This document shows, piece by piece, positions 31,521-34,439 of a stretch of 34,439 bases of DNA (positions within the stretch are counted from its first letter, which is position 1; every line of letters starts with the position of its first letter). Both the position numbers and the translations under genes were made by a program. The stretch covers positions 27,640,123 through 27,674,561 of the forward strand of contig CP154954.1 of the NCBI GenBank assembly GCA_039621445.1, given 5' to 3'. This DNA is from Euglena gracilis. Taxonomy: Eukaryota. The notes beneath the pieces were generated by a model, which was not told the origin of the DNA, ran no database searches, and worked only from the letters and a program-made list of their open reading frames with translations.

Positions 31521-34439
31521 GCCACTTTGACCAAAGTGTCCCTGGCCAAGGCCACTTTGACCAAAGTGTCCCTGGCCAGGGCCACTTTGACCAAAGGGTC
31601 CCTGGCCAAGGCCACTTTGACCAAAGTGTCCCTGGCCAAGGCCACTTTGACCAAAGTGTCCCTGGCCAAGGCCACTTTGACCGAAGTGTCCCTGGCCAGG
31701 ACCACTTTGACCAAAGTGTCCCTGGCCAAGGCCACTTTGACCCAAGTGTCCCTGGCCAAGGCCACTTTGACTAAAGTGTCCCTGGCCAAGGCCACTTTGA
31801 CCAAAGTGTCCCTGGCCAAGGCCACTTTTGACCAAAGTGTCCCTGGCCAAGGCCACTTTGACCAAAGTGTCCCTGGCCAAGGCCACTTTGACCAAAGTGT
31901 CCCTGGCCAAGGCCACTTTGACCAAAGTGTCCCTGGCCAAGGCCACTTTGACCAAAGTGTCCCTGGCCAAGGCCACTTGTACAAAGTGTCCCTGGCCAAG
32001 GCCACTTTGACCAAAGTGTCCCTGGCCAAGGCCACTTTGACCAAAGTGTCCCTGGCCAAGGCCACTTTGACCAAAGTGTCCCTGGCCAAGGCCACTTTGA
32101 CCAAAGTGTCCCTGGCCAAGGCCACTTTGACCAAAGTGTCCCTGGCCAAGGCCACTTTGACCAAAGTGTCCCTGGCCAAGGCCACTTTGACCAAAGTGTC
32201 CCTGGCCAAGGCCACTTTGACCAAAGTGTCCCTGGCCAAGGCCACTTTGACCAAAGTGTCCCTGGCCAAGGCCACTTTGACCAAAGTGTCCCTGGCCAAG
32301 GCCACTTGAACAAAAGTGTCCCTGGCCAAGGCCACTTTGACCAAAGTGTCCCTGGCCAAGGCCACTTTGACCAAAGTGTCCCTGGCCAAGGCCACTTTGA
32401 CCAAAGTGTCCCTGGCCAAGGCCCACTTGACCAAAGTGTCCCTCGCCAAGGCCACTTTGACCAAAGTGTCCCTGGCCAAGGCCACTTTGACCAAAGTGTC
32501 CCTGGCCAAGGCCACTTTGACCAAAGTGTCCCTGGCCAAGGCCACTTTGACCAAAGTGTCCCTGGCCAAGGCCACTTTGACCAAAGTGTCCCTGGCCAAG
32601 GCCACTTTGACCAAAGTGTCCCTGGCCAAGGCCACTTTGACCAAAGTGTCCCCGGCCAAGGCCACTTGACCAAAGTGTCCCTGGCCAAGGCCACTTTGAC
32701 CAAAGTGTCCCTGGCCAAGGCCACTTTGACCAAAGTGTCCCTGGCCAAGGCCACTTTGACCAAAGTGTCCCTGGCCAAGGCCACTTTGACCAAAGTGTCC
32801 CTGGCCAAGGCCACTTTGACCAAAGTGTCCCTGGCCAAGGCCACTTTGACCAAAGTGTCCCTGGCCAAGGCCACTTTGACCAAAGTGTCCCTGGCCAAGG
32901 CCACTTTGACCAAAGTGTCCCTGGCCAAGGCCACTTTGACCAAAGTGTCCCCGCCCAGGCCACTTTGACCAAAGTGTCCCTGGCCAAGGCCACTTTGACC
33001 AAAGTGTCCCTGGCCAAGGCCACTTTGACCAAAGTGTCCCTGGCCAAGGCCACTTTGACCAAAGTGTCCCTGGCCAAGGCCACTTTGACCAAAGTGTCCC
33101 TGGCCAAGGCCACTTTGACCAAAGTGTCCCTGGCCAAGGCCACTTTGACCAAAGTGTCCCTGGCCAAGGCCACTTTGACCAAAGTGTCCTGGCCAAGGCC
33201 ACTTTGACCAAAGTGTCCCTGGCCAAGGCCACTTTGACCAAAGTGTCCCTGGCCAAGGCCACTTTGACCAAAGTGTCCCTGGCCAAGGCCACTTTGACCA
33301 AAGTGTCCCTGGCCAAGGCCACTTTGACCAAAGTGTCCCTGGCCAAGGCCACTTTGACCAAAGTGTCCCTGGCCAAGGCCACTTTGACCAAAGTTGTCCC
33401 TGGCCAAGGCCACTTTGACCAAAGTGTCCCTGGCCAAGGCCACTTTGACCAAAGTGTCCCTGGCCAAGGCCACTTTGACCAAAGTGTCCCTGGCCAAGGC
33501 CACTTTGACCAAAGTGTCCCTGGCCAAGGCCACGTTTGGCCAAGGCCACTTTGACCAAAGTGTCCCTGGCCAAGGCCACTTTGACCAAAGTGTCCCTGGC
33601 CAAGGCCACTTTGACCAAAGTGTCCCTGGCCAAGGCCACTTTGACCAAAGTGTCCCTGGCCAAGGCCACTTTGACCAAAGTGTCCCTGGCCAAGGCCACT
33701 TTGACCAAAGTGTCCTGGCCAAGGCCACTTTGACCAAAGTGTCCCTGGCCAAGGCCACTTTGACCAAAGTGTCCCTGGCCAAGGCCACTTTGACCAAAGT
33801 GTCCCTGGCCAAGGCCACTTTGACCAAAGTGTCCCTGGCCAAGGCCACTTTGACCAAAGTGTCCCTGGCCAAGGCCACTTTGACCAAAGTGTCCCTGGCC
33901 AAGGCCACTTTGACCAAAGTGTCCCTGGCCAAGGCCACTTTGACCAAAGTGTCCCTGGCCAAGGCCACTTTGACCAAAGTGTCCCTGGCCAAGGCCACTT
34001 TGACCAAAGTGTCCCTGGCCAAGGCCACTTTGACCAAAGTGTCCCTGGCCAAGGCCACTTTGACCAAAGTGTCCCTGGCCAAGGCCACTTTGACCAAAGT
34101 GTCCCTGGCCAAGGCCAATTTGACCAAAGTGTCCCTGGCCAAGGCCACTTTGACCAAAGTGTCCCTGGCCAAGGCCACTTTGACCAAAGTGTCCCTGGCC
34201 AAGGCCACTTTGACCAAAGTGTCCCTGGACAAGGCCACTTTGACCAAAGGATCCCTGGTCAAGGCCACTTTGACCAAAGTGTCCCTGGCCAAGGCCACTT
34301 TGACCAAAGTGTCCCTGGCCAAGGCCACTTTGACCAAAGTGTCCCTGGCCAAGGCCACTTTGACCAAACTGTTCCTGGCCAAGGCCACTTTGACCAAAGT
34401 GTCCCTGGCCAAGGCCACTTTGACCAAAGTGTCCCTGGC
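30951..34439 (-). repeat. Same 30-bp satellite in inverted orientation (+ strand reads CACTTTGACCAAAGTGTCCCTGGCCAAGGC), ~115 copies, truncated at right edge
   Basis: The monomer here is the exact reverse complement (rotated) of the left-arm consensus; the ORF-track peptides swap strands accordingly (KVSLAKATLT on +, DTLVKVALAR on -). Confidence 0.97.

Noticed and set aside
31520..33720. Isolated 1-bp indels (also at ~411, 3887, 10448, 11613, 19152, 22483, 26283, 27644) as programmed frameshift or phase-variation sites
   Set aside because: Mostly in short homopolymers and typical of slippage or long-read error; there is no supported gene for them to regulate.
5..34427. All ORFs in the six-frame track, including the 3307-aa, 2262-aa and 1822-aa ORFs, as protein-coding genes
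   Set aside because: They are translations of a 30-bp unit lacking stops in five frames. They overlap on both strands, drift between the same decapeptides at 1-bp indels, mostly use TTG/GTG starts inside monomers, and have no non-repetitive domain.
1..34439. CRISPR array (30-bp partly palindromic repeat)
   Set aside because: Repeats are directly adjacent, with no unique spacers, leader or cas genes.
1..34439. Telomeric repeat or strong G-quadruplex array
   Set aside because: No recognisable telomere motif; only one GGG and three GG runs per monomer, and these compete with hairpin pairing.
27500..34439. Foldback or MITE-type transposon defined by inverted arms
   Set aside because: No element ends, target-site duplication, internal unique region or transposase are visible; the arms extend to the window edges.
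1..34439. Assignment to a named satellite family, taxon or centromere
   Set aside because: I do not recognise the monomer with confidence; a database search and cytological or ChIP data are required.

Overview
The whole 34,439-bp window is one tandem satellite-type array of a 30-bp monomer (consensus CACTTTGGTCAAAGTGGCCTTGGCCAGGGA, 17/30 G+C, no CpG), about 1,150 copies, running off both edges with no unique sequence. I can support no gene, RNA gene, transposon or CRISPR array. The many ORFs exist because the unit length is a multiple of 3 and 5 of its 6 frames lack stops. I cannot identify the organism or satellite family from sequence alone. Notable structure: (1) the monomer is two imperfect palindromes with dyad axes 15 bp apart and is 24/30 identical to its own reverse complement, with 4 of the 6 mismatches being G-T wobbles on the + strand; (2) the array switches strand near 30.9-31.0 kb through a ~2-kb zone of forward/reverse hybrid monomers; (3) shared variant monomers reveal shuffled higher-order cassettes and ~0.75, ~1.25-1.3, ~1.9 and ~2.1 kb duplications; (4) divergence falls from left to right. 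Some of this, especially the junction and long perfect runs, could be assembly or consensus artefact. I see no direct evidence of a new gene-encoded system; the best candidate is a self-complementary, hairpin-forming satellite.
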